From an uncultured delta proteobacterium (GTDB lineage Bacteria > Desulfobacterota > Syntrophobacteria > BM002), in the NCBI GenBank assembly GCA_963712115.1, contig CAVQGX010000031.1, forward strand, positions 160,001-224,000: a stretch of 64,000 bases of DNA, written 5' to 3'. The notes under the pieces are model-generated. The model made no database searches, was not told where the DNA came from, and saw only the letters and a list, made by a program, of their open reading frames with translations. Position 1 is the stretch's first letter, and the number at the start of each line of letters is the position of its first letter. Of this stretch, positions 9,637-19,075 are shown one piece after another. Made by a program: the position numbers and the translations under genes.

Positions 9637-10286
9637 CCCTGCTCCTCCATCTTCCCCACTCCCAAACCTCTCAGGGAGAACTGAGTGATCTGCTCCACCA
9701 AGCGAGCCCTAAAAGCGGTGTCATACTTTCGTCCAGTAAGACGACTGACCGCCACCCTGGCAAAATTGAAGTAAAGCACCATAGCGAAGATGCTGAAAAT
9801 GTTGAGTAACATCTGTTCTTCGCCCACCTTATCGGTGAGAACCGAATTTAACTGCTCTGATACCTCTTTAAAGAAAGGCTGAATCACCTGCTCGGCTACA
9901 TGCTCAAAAGCTTTGGTGGGTTGAGTCATTTCCCTGGTCATTAATTGACTGTGGCGAAGACGCTCATCATCTGACAGCGGCCCCTCCACAAAGGCCTGTG
10001 CTAAGGCCCGCACCACAGTGGCCTCAGACAGAGAGTCTTGGCTGGCCAGATACTTGCTGAAACTCTCCCGCAAGCGCATGGCCCGAGGTACCCAGCGAGA
10101 GCGAAAAACTTCAAGATAGAGGTTCTCTTTATTGCCAAAATGATAGTTCACTGCTGCCAGGTTGCATTCTGCCGCCGAGGTGATTTCGCGGACGCTCACA
10201 GCTCGATAACCCTTTTGGGCAAACAGGATCTCGGCTGTGTCCAGAATACGTTCTGTGGTAAGGTCTTCTCCGTTTTTTTGATTCAT
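9633..10286 (-). CDS. TetR/AcrR family transcriptional regulator (CecR-like)
   Basis: N-terminal HTH ILDTAEILFAQKGY..SVREI..VNYHFGNKENLY; first gene of efflux operon. Confidence 0.92.
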   Translation of the reverse strand: MNQKNGEDLTTERILDTAEILFAQKGYRAVSVREITSAAECNLAAVNYHFGNKENLYLEVFRSRWVPRAMRLRESFSKYLASQDSLSEATVVRALAQAFVEGPLSDDERLRHSQLMTREMTQPTKAFEHVAEQVIQPFFKEVSEQLNSVLTDKVGEEQMLLNIFSIFAMVLYFNFARVAVSRLTGRKYDTAFRARLVEQITQFSLRGLGVGKMEEQG

Positions 10287-10305
10287 CGGCTACCTCCGCT
10301 ATTCT

Positions 10306-10335
10306 TACAAACGTTTGTATCAAACGATCGTTTGA
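10306..10335. promoter_or_regulatory. Two adjacent perfect palindromes, probable TetR operator
   Basis: TACAAACGTTTGTA (10306-10319) and TCAAACGATCGTTTGA (10320-10335) just upstream of the tetR RBS. Confidence 0.7.
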
Positions 10336-10530
10336 ATGTCAAACATTTTTCTCTTTTCATAGAATCAAACTCTACTCAACCAGTTCTCATATTTTTCTGT
10401 AAAAACCTTATATGCCTAATAAAAAAGATGGGCAAGAGATTGACACATGCTTAAAGTTTCATAAAACAACGATTTGCAGAAGTAGTGTTTATTGGGGATT
10501 TAACACTGTAAGGTAAGCAGACAAGGCAGT

Positions 10531-10564
10531 AAGAAAAGAGCAGGGCCATTGCTGACCCTGCCCT
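10531..10564 (-). terminator. Intrinsic terminator after OmpA-family gene
   Basis: Minus strand GGGCAGGGTCA-GCAA-TGGCCCTGCTC followed by TTTTCTT. Confidence 0.65.
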
Positions 10565-10619
10565 TGCTTTCAGGTTGGACTATTGGCGTCAGGTACGTGA
10601 GACTCTGCTCAAAACCCGG

Positions 10620-11765
10620 TTACTCTATATTGCCTACCGTTAGCCGAACACGTCGATTCAATTGGCGTCCCTCTGCTGTGTCATTACTGGCCACAGGAAG
10701 GTCTTTGCCATACCACAGCGTCACCAGCCGTTTCTCAGCAATAGCGTTGATATTTGCCTCTCCTGCTGAGAAAATCTCTGTCTGCATCAAGAAATTCTTA
10801 ACGCTTTCAGCCCTTCGCCGTGACAAGTCTAAATTGTATTTCGGATCACCTGTGCTGTCAGAGAAACCTTCGATGACCACGTATGATTCAGGGTTTCCCT
10901 CCAAAAACTTTGCCAGTGCATCCAACTCGTCCTGATACTCGGAACGGATATCAGCCTTGTTAAAATCAAACAGGATGTTATCCAGTTCGACGCCCACCAC
11001 TTTACTAATAAGCTCGGTCTCAAAAATGGCCCTATCTCTGACCATATAGAGCGCTGCAATCGTATATTCCGGCCTGCTCAGCACTGCGTCAAAAGATGCG
11101 ACCCGTGAGCAGGTGTTCACCGAAGCGAGATCATTCACCAGTTTTTCGCTTTCTGGAGTCTGTGCCGAACTGATGATATAAAAGCAGACATCGTATTTGG
11201 AGGCTATCTCCCTCGCTGCCGGTACAGGCCATATCTTTGGCTGACTCAAGGTATATTGGCCGTCTGAAAAAATAAACACCGCCGTTGTACCAGATACCTT
11301 AGCAAGGATGGGATCAAGGTTCTTGATCGCATTTCCCAATGGTGACGGCTGATTCTTATAACTAATTGAAGGCTGATAAGCCGCCAGTTGGTCAAGTGCC
11401 TCAATAAATGGTTCCTTGTTAAAAGGCTGCATTTCGTAGAAGCTTTTCCACGGGGTGTATAAATACAAGCCGGCGTTCCAATCTAGGTCCGGAAGTCGGG
11501 CGACTCTCCCCTCGTAAATTTGCTTGGCAAGGTCAATCTTCTTCTGCCCGGTATATCCATACTGATCCTGCATGGAACCTGAGGCATCAAATAAAACGAT
11601 GAAGTTATCCGCTACCTTCACAACCTCCTCTACTACCCGAACCCGTTCCACAGGTATTTGTTTAACGATAACTTCTGCCGCTAAAACATTGGTCACAATC
11701 AGACCTGGCATGATCAATCCGAGAATCATCGCCAGCCCTACTAGTCTAATTTTGCTTGTCCTCAT
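10620..11765 (-). CDS. Secreted vWA-like + OmpA peptidoglycan-binding domain protein
   Basis: Signal peptide, DASGS MIDAS motif, FSDG, C-terminal FDFNKA..EGFSDSTG..NL.LS.RRA..NRRV; GGAGG RBS before MRTSK. Confidence 0.88.
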   Translation of the reverse strand: MRTSKIRLVGLAMILGLIMPGLIVTNVLAAEVIVKQIPVERVRVVEEVVKVADNFIVLFDASGSMQDQYGYTGQKKIDLAKQIYEGRVARLPDLDWNAGLYLYTPWKSFYEMQPFNKEPFIEALDQLAAYQPSISYKNQPSPLGNAIKNLDPILAKVSGTTAVFIFSDGQYTLSQPKIWPVPAAREIASKYDVCFYIISSAQTPESEKLVNDLASVNTCSRVASFDAVLSRPEYTIAALYMVRDRAIFETELISKVVGVELDNILFDFNKADIRSEYQDELDALAKFLEGNPESYVVIEGFSDSTGDPKYNLDLSRRRAESVKNFLMQTEIFSAGEANINAIAEKRLVTLWYGKDLPVASNDTAEGRQLNRRVRLTVGNIE

Positions 11766-12016
11766 GATTGTACCTCCGCATAATGCTGGTTCACTAAGTA
11801 AACAAATTAGGGATAACATAACAAGTCTACCCCTTCTCACTTTAAACACCCCAAATGACCTGCAATTGCTCCTCTCCACTTTTGCTTGTGGTTAACTGCA
11901 TATATTATTCGTTTGATCTTGCGAGAATGAATAGATCACTCCATCCTATTCATCTAAATGGTATGTCAAAGATATTGTTGAGTCTTTGGGGAAAGGTAAG
12001 TTTCAAAGATAAATTG

Positions 12017-14308
12017 TCAATAGGAGAAAAATCCAATCGTTAAATAAAAGCTTAATCGAAAAAAAGATCCAAGTGTAGATCTTGGTGGAGAATTTATATT
12101 AAAAAAGAACGGAGTATCTGTGTTGCTTTTAAAACCGCTTCCCTCTATTTTGATAGAAGGGTCCTTATTTTGAACAAAAATAGGGGCCGCCAAAAGAATG
12201 AACAAGGGAAGAATCCAGACTGCCTTCAAGGCGGCTCCCACCTCCTTCGAGGATCCCCTTCCAAAAAACCTCAAGAATGAACTCACGGCAACAAAGGCCA
12301 GAATCCAGCCGTAGTAAGAGGCCAATTTAGTATTCCTCTCTAGAGCAGGAAAGATGGAATTCTCTATTAGAGGATGAAGCAGTTGGGCAACTTTTCCCTC
12401 TAGCAGGGAATAGCTGAGCAGGTAAACCCCACTCAGTGATAAGGCAAGGACACCGTATACGGCTAAGCCGCGGAACCGATCTGACGATAGGGATGTTTCG
12501 CTTTTTAGCTGTGCAGTGGAGAATAAGGCGCAGATGAAGAATATGCACAGGTGACAAGCGAAGACGGCAGAAAGAATTCCGGGCTTGGTTTTAGAGAAAC
12601 ATAGGTAATCAAAAGTTACCGTAGAGATAACCAGTCCGGCTAAGAAGGCAGGGATAACAATGGAAGGAGAAAAGGCTGACTTCTGCCCTGTCAGGCCTGC
12701 GGGGACACTGTAACTCACATCGGCACTTTTGCCAGCGGCAATAGTGAGAGCCGCGAAAGCCCAGAAATAAAGCTTGGTAGCGGTAATACTGAAAGAAAGC
12801 TGGATTTCAACGAAGTGACCAACAAGACCAGCCAGAAGAATACAGAGAAGCAGACCGTTGGGATGCAAGGAACAAAATGGTTTTCTTGTCATTGCCAGGG
12901 AAAAGTAAAAAAGATACGAAAATAACCCAAAAATCAAACCAAGCCCTAACCCGAGAGCAAAGAAGGTGACATTTCCACTTGCAAGGTAAAGGATTAGCAC
13001 ACCCAAAATACCACCCAGAGACAAAAGCCCATAAAATGCTATGTCTTGCTTCGTCGAGCGGATAAATCCCAGTTGCCGCAGAACAAAGCGACTGAGTAAA
13101 AAGAAAAAGAAGACAAAAGCGGCCAATCCCAAAACGCCCTGCGTTGCCAACAGATCCAAGATCTCGTTGTGAGCGCGATCCACAATGGCCGTTGGTTTCT
13201 CGATATATTGCAGAATCGGCGGATTATGCCTTGGATAAACGAGGGATAAGGTTTCGGGACCGTATCCTGTCAAGAGTCTTATGGGGTCTGATGCTATCAA
13301 TCCGCACACGCCCTTCCATATAGTTGCTCTGACAAGTCCAGTGCCGGACTGGAAAGCGCTTTCTGGTCCGAACCATTGGCTCACTAGCGAAACCTCAGCA
13401 AACGGTTGATCGAGGAGATTCACAAGCAGGAGCAGGCCCAGAAAAACCCCGCCACCGACGAAAAATGCTGATACTATTCTTGCACGTCCACGCCGCAATA
13501 ACTCTAAGGCTGCGAATAAAACCAGTCCTACCATCAAGCCCACAATGGGACCGCGGCTTTGAGCAAAACCGATGGCCGTAAGATTCAGCACAAGAAAAAG
13601 TAGCATCAATCCAAAAAAGACTTGTTCGGTGCCGGTGTTCTTCAGAGAGATTCCTTGTCGGCGGTATTGCCGCAATCTTTTGAAAGATTCGCCAAAAAAA
13701 TAGAAGTGGAGAGGCGTGGTCATGATCAGAAAGGCGGAAAGAAAAATCGGGTTTCCAAGGGTGCTCCAAACCCTCCTGTCCGAGAAAGGTGCGATCCTAA
13801 CATGGGGGTCAATGCCTAACCGTTGCAGGATAGCCCATACGGCGACGGTGAAACTAGTCAACAACATTGTAAAGATGAGGCGGTCTATCTGTCTCCGGCT
13901 GTGAGTCGTGTTGAGAATGACAAAGAAGAAATAGAGGTAGCAAAGACTGGTGTAAGTTCCTTGGCGACGGAGGTACATCCCGAGAAAGGAGCCAGATGGA
14001 AAGACGCTGAAAACAGTCGAAATTATTAAAGCATACGCGATAATGAGCACTGGCACGGCCAGACCCGGATGCCACACACTGACATTTTTTGATTGTTCAT
14101 TCTTACTGCGTTTTTCTTCAACCAACACAAATATCAGGAAGGGCAGAGATAAGATCGCGATCGAGCGCAGCAACAGTACCTTGGCTTCTTCGAAGGGAAG
14201 GGCGCTGTAAGGGTTGGTAAATAAAGGCGCAATAACAAGTGCTGAAAGAACGAAAAACTCAAGAACGTTCTCTGCGAGTTGAAGCTTCCTGTCCGGCATA
14301 TTCCTCAA
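12017..14308 (-). CDS. O-antigen ligase family (Wzy_C) polytopic membrane protein, possibly 3'-truncated/chimeric
   Basis: STLGNP, SRG, R..IW, G.GPET, DRAHN motifs; many TM segments; abrupt AT-rich tail. Confidence 0.8.
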   Translation of the reverse strand: MRNMPDRKLQLAENVLEFFVLSALVIAPLFTNPYSALPFEEAKVLLLRSIAILSLPFLIFVLVEEKRSKNEQSKNVSVWHPGLAVPVLIIAYALIISTVFSVFPSGSFLGMYLRRQGTYTSLCYLYFFFVILNTTHSRRQIDRLIFTMLLTSFTVAVWAILQRLGIDPHVRIAPFSDRRVWSTLGNPIFLSAFLIMTTPLHFYFFGESFKRLRQYRRQGISLKNTGTEQVFFGLMLLFLVLNLTAIGFAQSRGPIVGLMVGLVLFAALELLRRGRARIVSAFFVGGGVFLGLLLLVNLLDQPFAEVSLVSQWFGPESAFQSGTGLVRATIWKGVCGLIASDPIRLLTGYGPETLSLVYPRHNPPILQYIEKPTAIVDRAHNEILDLLATQGVLGLAAFVFFFFLLSRFVLRQLGFIRSTKQDIAFYGLLSLGGILGVLILYLASGNVTFFALGLGLGLIFGLFSYLFYFSLAMTRKPFCSLHPNGLLLCILLAGLVGHFVEIQLSFSITATKLYFWAFAALTIAAGKSADVSYSVPAGLTGQKSAFSPSIVIPAFLAGLVISTVTFDYLCFSKTKPGILSAVFACHLCIFFICALFSTAQLKSETSLSSDRFRGLAVYGVLALSLSGVYLLSYSLLEGKVAQLLHPLIENSIFPALERNTKLASYYGWILAFVAVSSFLRFFGRGSSKEVGAALKAVWILPLFILLAAPIFVQNKDPSIKIEGSGFKSNTDTPFFFNINSPPRSTLGSFFRLSFYLTIGFFSY

Positions 14309-14620
14309 TCATCCTACAATACTTGGACTCTATTGGGTCTCATGCTAAGCTACTTTACTGGATGCTAAACATATTAGAATCTCAGTCTTCTAACGAGTAT
14401 GTGTGGCCGGAGAATCTGAGCATATGAAACACATTAAGAGGACAAATGTAAAGAATTATTGTGTTTTAATATAACGCGGCTTTACGCGGAGATAGTGCAT
14501 CGCAAGGGTACGTGTTCTCATCGCCGGATTGAATCGTATTGCTTTTACAACTGACTCCCTCCATCTTGATAAAAGGGTGCAGTTAGCCAAAAGGGTACTG
14601 ATGAGAGATGGCAAAGCAGG

Positions 14621-14803
14621 GTGAAGGCCAAAAAGAGTGGCAGGCTCAGGTGGAGGCCGTTTGCTGGTCAGGGGCGAATCTATGTCGGCACCCTGGAGGG
14701 AAAGCTCGTTTGCTTGAGACTAAAAACAGAACTGGACGAACAAGGAGCCACACAGGTTCTCAAGGAGTTTCTCGACCCTGAACCGGAACAGGAATCCGAA
14801 TAG
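14621..14803 (+). pseudogene. Possible C-terminal fragment of a PQQ-like beta-propeller protein
   Basis: GRIYVGTLEGKLVCL resembles one PQQ/BamB blade; no upstream continuation. Confidence 0.4.
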
Positions 14804-14831
14804 TTATTCAGACTCTTAGTTAAATGCATAT

Positions 14832-15818
14832 ATCTCTCACAGAGCTCACAGAGTTCTCAGAGTCCTGACGCACATCAAATAAAAAAATTTAAAGGAAACA
14901 TTGAAAGATCACTGATAGCTAAACGGGGATACCTTGAGGACCGGCACAAGCGAGCTTATACCCTCCCACAAGGTATCCCCGCATCTACCGATGCATTCGC
15001 ATCGGTAGGTCCTGCAGCGCATGAGACTTTCAGCGATCTTGGTGCACACTTCATTGGTTTTTTGGGAGCTCACGGAGGATTAAGAAGATCACAGGGGGCG
15101 CACATGGATTTAAACCAACTATCCTCACAAATCATCCAAGCTGCTACAGCAGTTCATAAAGAGCTTGGCCCTGGCCTGCTGGAATCTGTCTACCAAGCAT
15201 GCATTACGATTGAACTTGAAAAAATGGGGATAGAGTTCAAAGCTGAGGCTTCCCTGCCTATCTCTTACCGCGGCAAGAAATTAGATAAGCTGTTATTCCG
15301 CTTGGATCTACTGGTAGAAGACACGGTTATTGTGGAATTGAAATCAGTAGAAAAAGTGGAACCAGTGCATAAGAAACAGCTTCTCACCTATTTACGTCTG
15401 GCGCAGAAGCCACTTGGTCTGTTGATAAATTTCAACGAGTCTTTACTGAAGGACGGGATCACTAGAATAATCAACACCCCAGAGAGAAACGAATAAGAGT
15501 CGTCGGGTGCGACGTGATCACTCAGTGGACTCAAAAAAATTCTGGGAGCTCTTAATCCAACAAGACGAGTGAGAGGAGTAGAGATTCCTCAGGAAGGATC
15601 GCCTAGAGGCCAAGTGGGCAGCGCTTGGAGGACAGTAATAAGCTTGCTTATTCTGGCCACCAAGAGCTGTCCACTGTCACGATGCGTCAGCATCGGGGCC
15701 GTCCACTGTGCGGCAGTCTCTAGGCGATCCCGATACTTTGACCGACACATATTTCTCTGCGTTCTCTGTGAGCTCTAGCGAACCCTGAGCTTCGGCGAAG
15801 GGTGAGCGGGCGAGAGAT
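14832..15818 (+). mobile_element. Structured inverted-repeat element copy 2, full-length with GxxExxY nuclease gene
   Basis: Ends ATCTCTCACAGAGCTCACAGAG and CTCTGTGAGCTCT-hairpin-GAGCGGGCGAGAGAT; modules 14905-15040 and 15596-15730 flank the ORF. Confidence 0.75.
15104..15496 (+). CDS. GxxExxY protein (PD-(D/E)XK nuclease superfamily), 130 aa
   Basis: GLLESVY motif, RLDLLVEDTVIVELK, QLLTYLR..GLLINF; AGGGGG RBS before ATG 15104. Confidence 0.93.
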   Translation: MDLNQLSSQIIQAATAVHKELGPGLLESVYQACITIELEKMGIEFKAEASLPISYRGKKLDKLLFRLDLLVEDTVIVELKSVEKVEPVHKKQLLTYLRLAQKPLGLLINFNESLLKDGITRIINTPERNE

Positions 15819-15833
15819 CTATCAATTGAAATA

Positions 15834-16628
15834 TTACTTGTACTGGAACTCGGGTTTGCGCTTCTCTAAGAAGGCAGTAACCCCTTCCATGGCATCCGCT
15901 GTATCTGCTGCCAGGCCAAGCAAATTGGCTTCCTTACTCAACGCCTCTCTTTGAGACATCTCTAACCCTTGCAAGACTGCGTCTAAGCACAACCGCACCG
16001 CCTCCGACGATTTCTCTGCCAGCTTTTGCGCCAATTGCTCGGCAGTTTGCATTAGTTCAGACAGGGGTACCACAGCATTCACCAAACCAATTCTGTGTGC
16101 TTCGTGGGCATCAACCATCTCTCCTGTCAAGATCATCTCGAGAGCCTTTCTTTTGCCCACCTGGCGGGGCAAGCGCACAGTTCCGCCCCAACAGGGATTG
16201 AAGGCTAAGTTAATTTCCGGCTGGCCTATATGGGCGTTCTCAGCGGCAATTGCCATGTGGCAGGCCTGAATGATTTCCGAGCCTCCTCCCAGAGCATAGC
16301 CGTTAACCGCAGCAATAACAGGTTTTCCCAACCGCTCAATAGTGGTGGTCAGCCCTTGCCCTGGCAACGAGAATTCCTCTCTAGCGGCCATTGGTCCCTT
16401 GGTGAAACTAGCCTTGATCTCCTTTATATCTGCACCGGCAATGAAAGCCTTTTCTCCGCTTCCTGTGATAATTACCACCCTGACTGAGCCGTCGCTTTTT
16501 GCCTCCTTCAAAGCATGGCTCAATTCCTTGACAGTATCTGCATTAAGAGCATTCATTACCTTTGGTCGATTTATTGTGATTTTTGCGATCCCATCCGCCT
16601 TTTCATAAATGATATTAGCGTACTCCAT
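15834..16628 (-). CDS. Enoyl-CoA hydratase / crotonase family
   Basis: NRPKVMNALN, AFIAGADI, NGYALGGGSE, GQPEI, AFLEKRKPEF. Confidence 0.93.
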   Translation of the reverse strand: MEYANIIYEKADGIAKITINRPKVMNALNADTVKELSHALKEAKSDGSVRVVIITGSGEKAFIAGADIKEIKASFTKGPMAAREEFSLPGQGLTTTIERLGKPVIAAVNGYALGGGSEIIQACHMAIAAENAHIGQPEINLAFNPCWGGTVRLPRQVGKRKALEMILTGEMVDAHEAHRIGLVNAVVPLSELMQTAEQLAQKLAEKSSEAVRLCLDAVLQGLEMSQREALSKEANLLGLAADTADAMEGVTAFLEKRKPEFQYK

Positions 16629-16724
16629 ACTTACCTCCCCTTTCAGTTAGACCATTCAAACATATTAAGTCTAAGCTACTCAGTTTGCCCTTTCAATCCA
16701 TAGTAAGTAATTGTTACAGGTTTT

Positions 16725-16940
16725 GGTAGCCAGTAGTCGGTAAGATAGCATGGGGCATGGAGTAAGTAGTCAGAGGTCAGAAGTCAGAGGTCAGAAGTCG
16801 AAATTAAGAACCCAAAATCCGGTATCCCTGATCTTTTGTCCTCTGATCTCCGACCTCTGATTTCTCAGCGCCTTGGTGCCTAGTGCTTACTGCTTAGTGC
16901 CTAGTTGAAATTGGCTGCATACTGTTAGCTGTGAGCTAGC
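16725..16940. repeat. Heptamer-repeat inverted cassette (TCAGAGG/TCAGAAG, GCATGGG, GTGCCTA)
   Basis: GTCAGAGGTCAGAAGTCAGAGGTCAGAAG with complementary CTCTGATCTCCGACCTCTGA downstream. Confidence 0.6.
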
Positions 16941-17178
16941 ATTTATTTCCTCTTGCTCCTGACCCGATGCTATGTTATCCAATACCCACTACTATTATTG
17001 ACTGAAAAAGTTTCTTCTTTGGCCCATGCTATCTTCACCTTCTCTAGTCTGGCAAGATTAATTAAATTGCATCTACAAGTTAAATGGTGTTTACCCCAGA
17101 CCTTCTTAGCCACCTTGATTAAAGGAATGCATGGAACATCACAAAGCCCTTTAGCGACAAGTGACAATAGGAGGCAAA

Positions 17179-18189
17179 ATGGCTCTGAAAAACGATGAAA
17201 AGCTAAAAGAGGTCCTGGCGTCCATTGAAGGCCATGCTTCTTCCATTACCGCTTACGTGGATTCATTTAAGCAACGGATAGAAGACTTGGAGAAACTAAA
17301 GGCTGAAGCAGAGGAAAAGGTTGCCAAGGCCGAAGAAAGGGCTAGAAATGCAGAGGAGCAGCATGCAGAAACTCTAAAGAAACTGGGGCAAGTGGAGGCA
17401 AGGGAAAGCACTAATTATGCTCCTCTGATCAAGGAATTATTCAAAGAGCCCCAGCAGGAACTTCAAAAACAGTTGAAGAGCCAGAGCCTTTGGTTCGTGG
17501 GTGTAGCTCTGGCGGTTGCGGTTCTTTCAGTTATCGTTGGCGTATCGGTAATTTCCTTCTATTCAGTTAGAAATATTAGAAACACAACTACTAACATAAA
17601 CCCCATAGCACCGACTCAGATCGAAGCCACCCTTACCCAAGCCCTCGCCCATCTAGATACAAAGACCCAGAAGTCTATCGAGAGAATTTCCTCGGAGACG
17701 TCTAAGATTGCTGAAGATATTGCCTATATTACCCAAGAACGACGGCTGGTTGAGCAAATCGTATTGGAGATCGAAAAGTTTCAAAAAGAATTCGCCCCGT
17801 TGAGAAGCAGAAACGACGTCCGTCTTATGTATAAAATGCGATTGTCCCCACACCATCAGTCAAAGTACGTCTCGTTTTATGAGGCCTTAAAAGCGAGTAA
17901 CATAGCCGCTGATCTCATTCCCACAGATCTCAATGATTTTTACATCTGGGACAAGCAGATGTTACACATTTTTTCAAGACTTCTTCAGAAAGTTAACTCA
18001 GTCAAATATGAGTATGATCAGTTACCCAATGAGATTTTGAGGTTCAGCAATTATAAAGACCAGATTGACGCGACCAAATATGGAGTCTGGAGCATTGAAA
18101 TAGAGGATCCCTCACAACTGCTTGCCTACCTGGAAAAGCAAGTCGAACTCTATAAAAAACAAATCCTGCTCAACAACAGGGAATTGTGA
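17179..18189 (+). CDS. Hypothetical coiled-coil protein with one TM helix
   Basis: AGGAGG RBS before MALKN; E/K/A-rich heptads, hydrophobic segment WFVGVALAVAVLSVIVGVSVI. Confidence 0.7.
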   Translation: MALKNDEKLKEVLASIEGHASSITAYVDSFKQRIEDLEKLKAEAEEKVAKAEERARNAEEQHAETLKKLGQVEARESTNYAPLIKELFKEPQQELQKQLKSQSLWFVGVALAVAVLSVIVGVSVISFYSVRNIRNTTTNINPIAPTQIEATLTQALAHLDTKTQKSIERISSETSKIAEDIAYITQERRLVEQIVLEIEKFQKEFAPLRSRNDVRLMYKMRLSPHHQSKYVSFYEALKASNIAADLIPTDLNDFYIWDKQMLHIFSRLLQKVNSVKYEYDQLPNEILRFSNYKDQIDATKYGVWSIEIEDPSQLLAYLEKQVELYKKQILLNNREL

Positions 18190-18348
18190 TTTTGGCTAGC
18201 CCTCGGCTTGCAGCCACCTCAGATTACTGTCTGGAGAGCACGAAGATATCTTTAGATTAAACCCCGTGCTGCCAACTCTCAAGGAACCTGCCTTCTTTGG
18301 GCAAGTAAATGACACTGACCTGCCGAGACACGACTTTTTTGGGAAAAA

Positions 18349-18966
18349 GTGATCAGAAGACGCAAAAAATACAGACAGGCATACGGGGTGCGACTCCTAT
18401 TGTCGCAGCACCCCGAGATAAGGAAACTCAAGCGGTTTAACGCTCCCTCGGTTCACGGCAACAGGCTTTGGAAGTCAACCTGGGTATTGATGGATTACTT
18501 GCACCGTCGAGGTTTATCGGAGGGTGTGCGGGTTATGGAGATCGGTTGCGGCTGGGGATTGCTGGGCATATATTGCGCAAAAAAGTATGGTGCCAGAGTA
18601 ATTTCCGTTGACCTCGATACCGAGATTTTTCCATACCTAGAGTTGCACGCCAAGGTAAACGAGGTTGAGATTTCCACTTTGAAAAAGGACTTTGACGGCC
18701 TAAGAACCAAGCATCTAAAGGAAGTAGATCTTTTGATCGGTGCTGATGTTTGCTTCTGGCACACCCTGGCAAAACCACTAAAGAACCTTGTTCTTCGGGC
18801 TCTCCGGGCAGGCGTTCAACAGGTGCTCATATCTGATCCTGGACGGCCACCTTTCGAAGAGATAGGTGAGTACTTTGCTAGTAGAAAAGGAGGCGAGATT
18901 CTGGATTGGACGGCGCAGCGACCGCGACGGAGTGAGGGTAGAATACTCAAAATCAACAGAATGTAG
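18349..18966 (+). CDS. Class I SAM-dependent methyltransferase (protein-lysine MTase, family 16-like)
   Basis: G.RLW, MEIGCGWG motif I, LIGADVCF, ISDPGR. Confidence 0.85.
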   Translation: MIRRRKKYRQAYGVRLLLSQHPEIRKLKRFNAPSVHGNRLWKSTWVLMDYLHRRGLSEGVRVMEIGCGWGLLGIYCAKKYGARVISVDLDTEIFPYLELHAKVNEVEISTLKKDFDGLRTKHLKEVDLLIGADVCFWHTLAKPLKNLVLRALRAGVQQVLISDPGRPPFEEIGEYFASRKGGEILDWTAQRPRRSEGRILKINRM

Positions 18967-19072
18967 ATTCTAGATTGCAGATTTCAGATTGAGGAGCTGC
19001 ATGGTTCCGATTTGTCTCAATCCTATGTCTTAGATTTCCAGTCTAAAATCCGCAATCCGCAATCCGAAATTC
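18963..19072. repeat. GATTGCA/AATCCGC heptamer inverted repeat
   Basis: GATTCTAGATTGCAGATTTCAGATTG ... AATCCGCAATCCGCAATCCG. Confidence 0.55.
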
Positions 19073-19075
19073 CTA

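Noticed and set aside
14832-15818. Classical IS or group II intron
   Set aside because: No transposase or reverse transcriptase, no target-site duplication, no GTGCG 5' end or domain V motif seen
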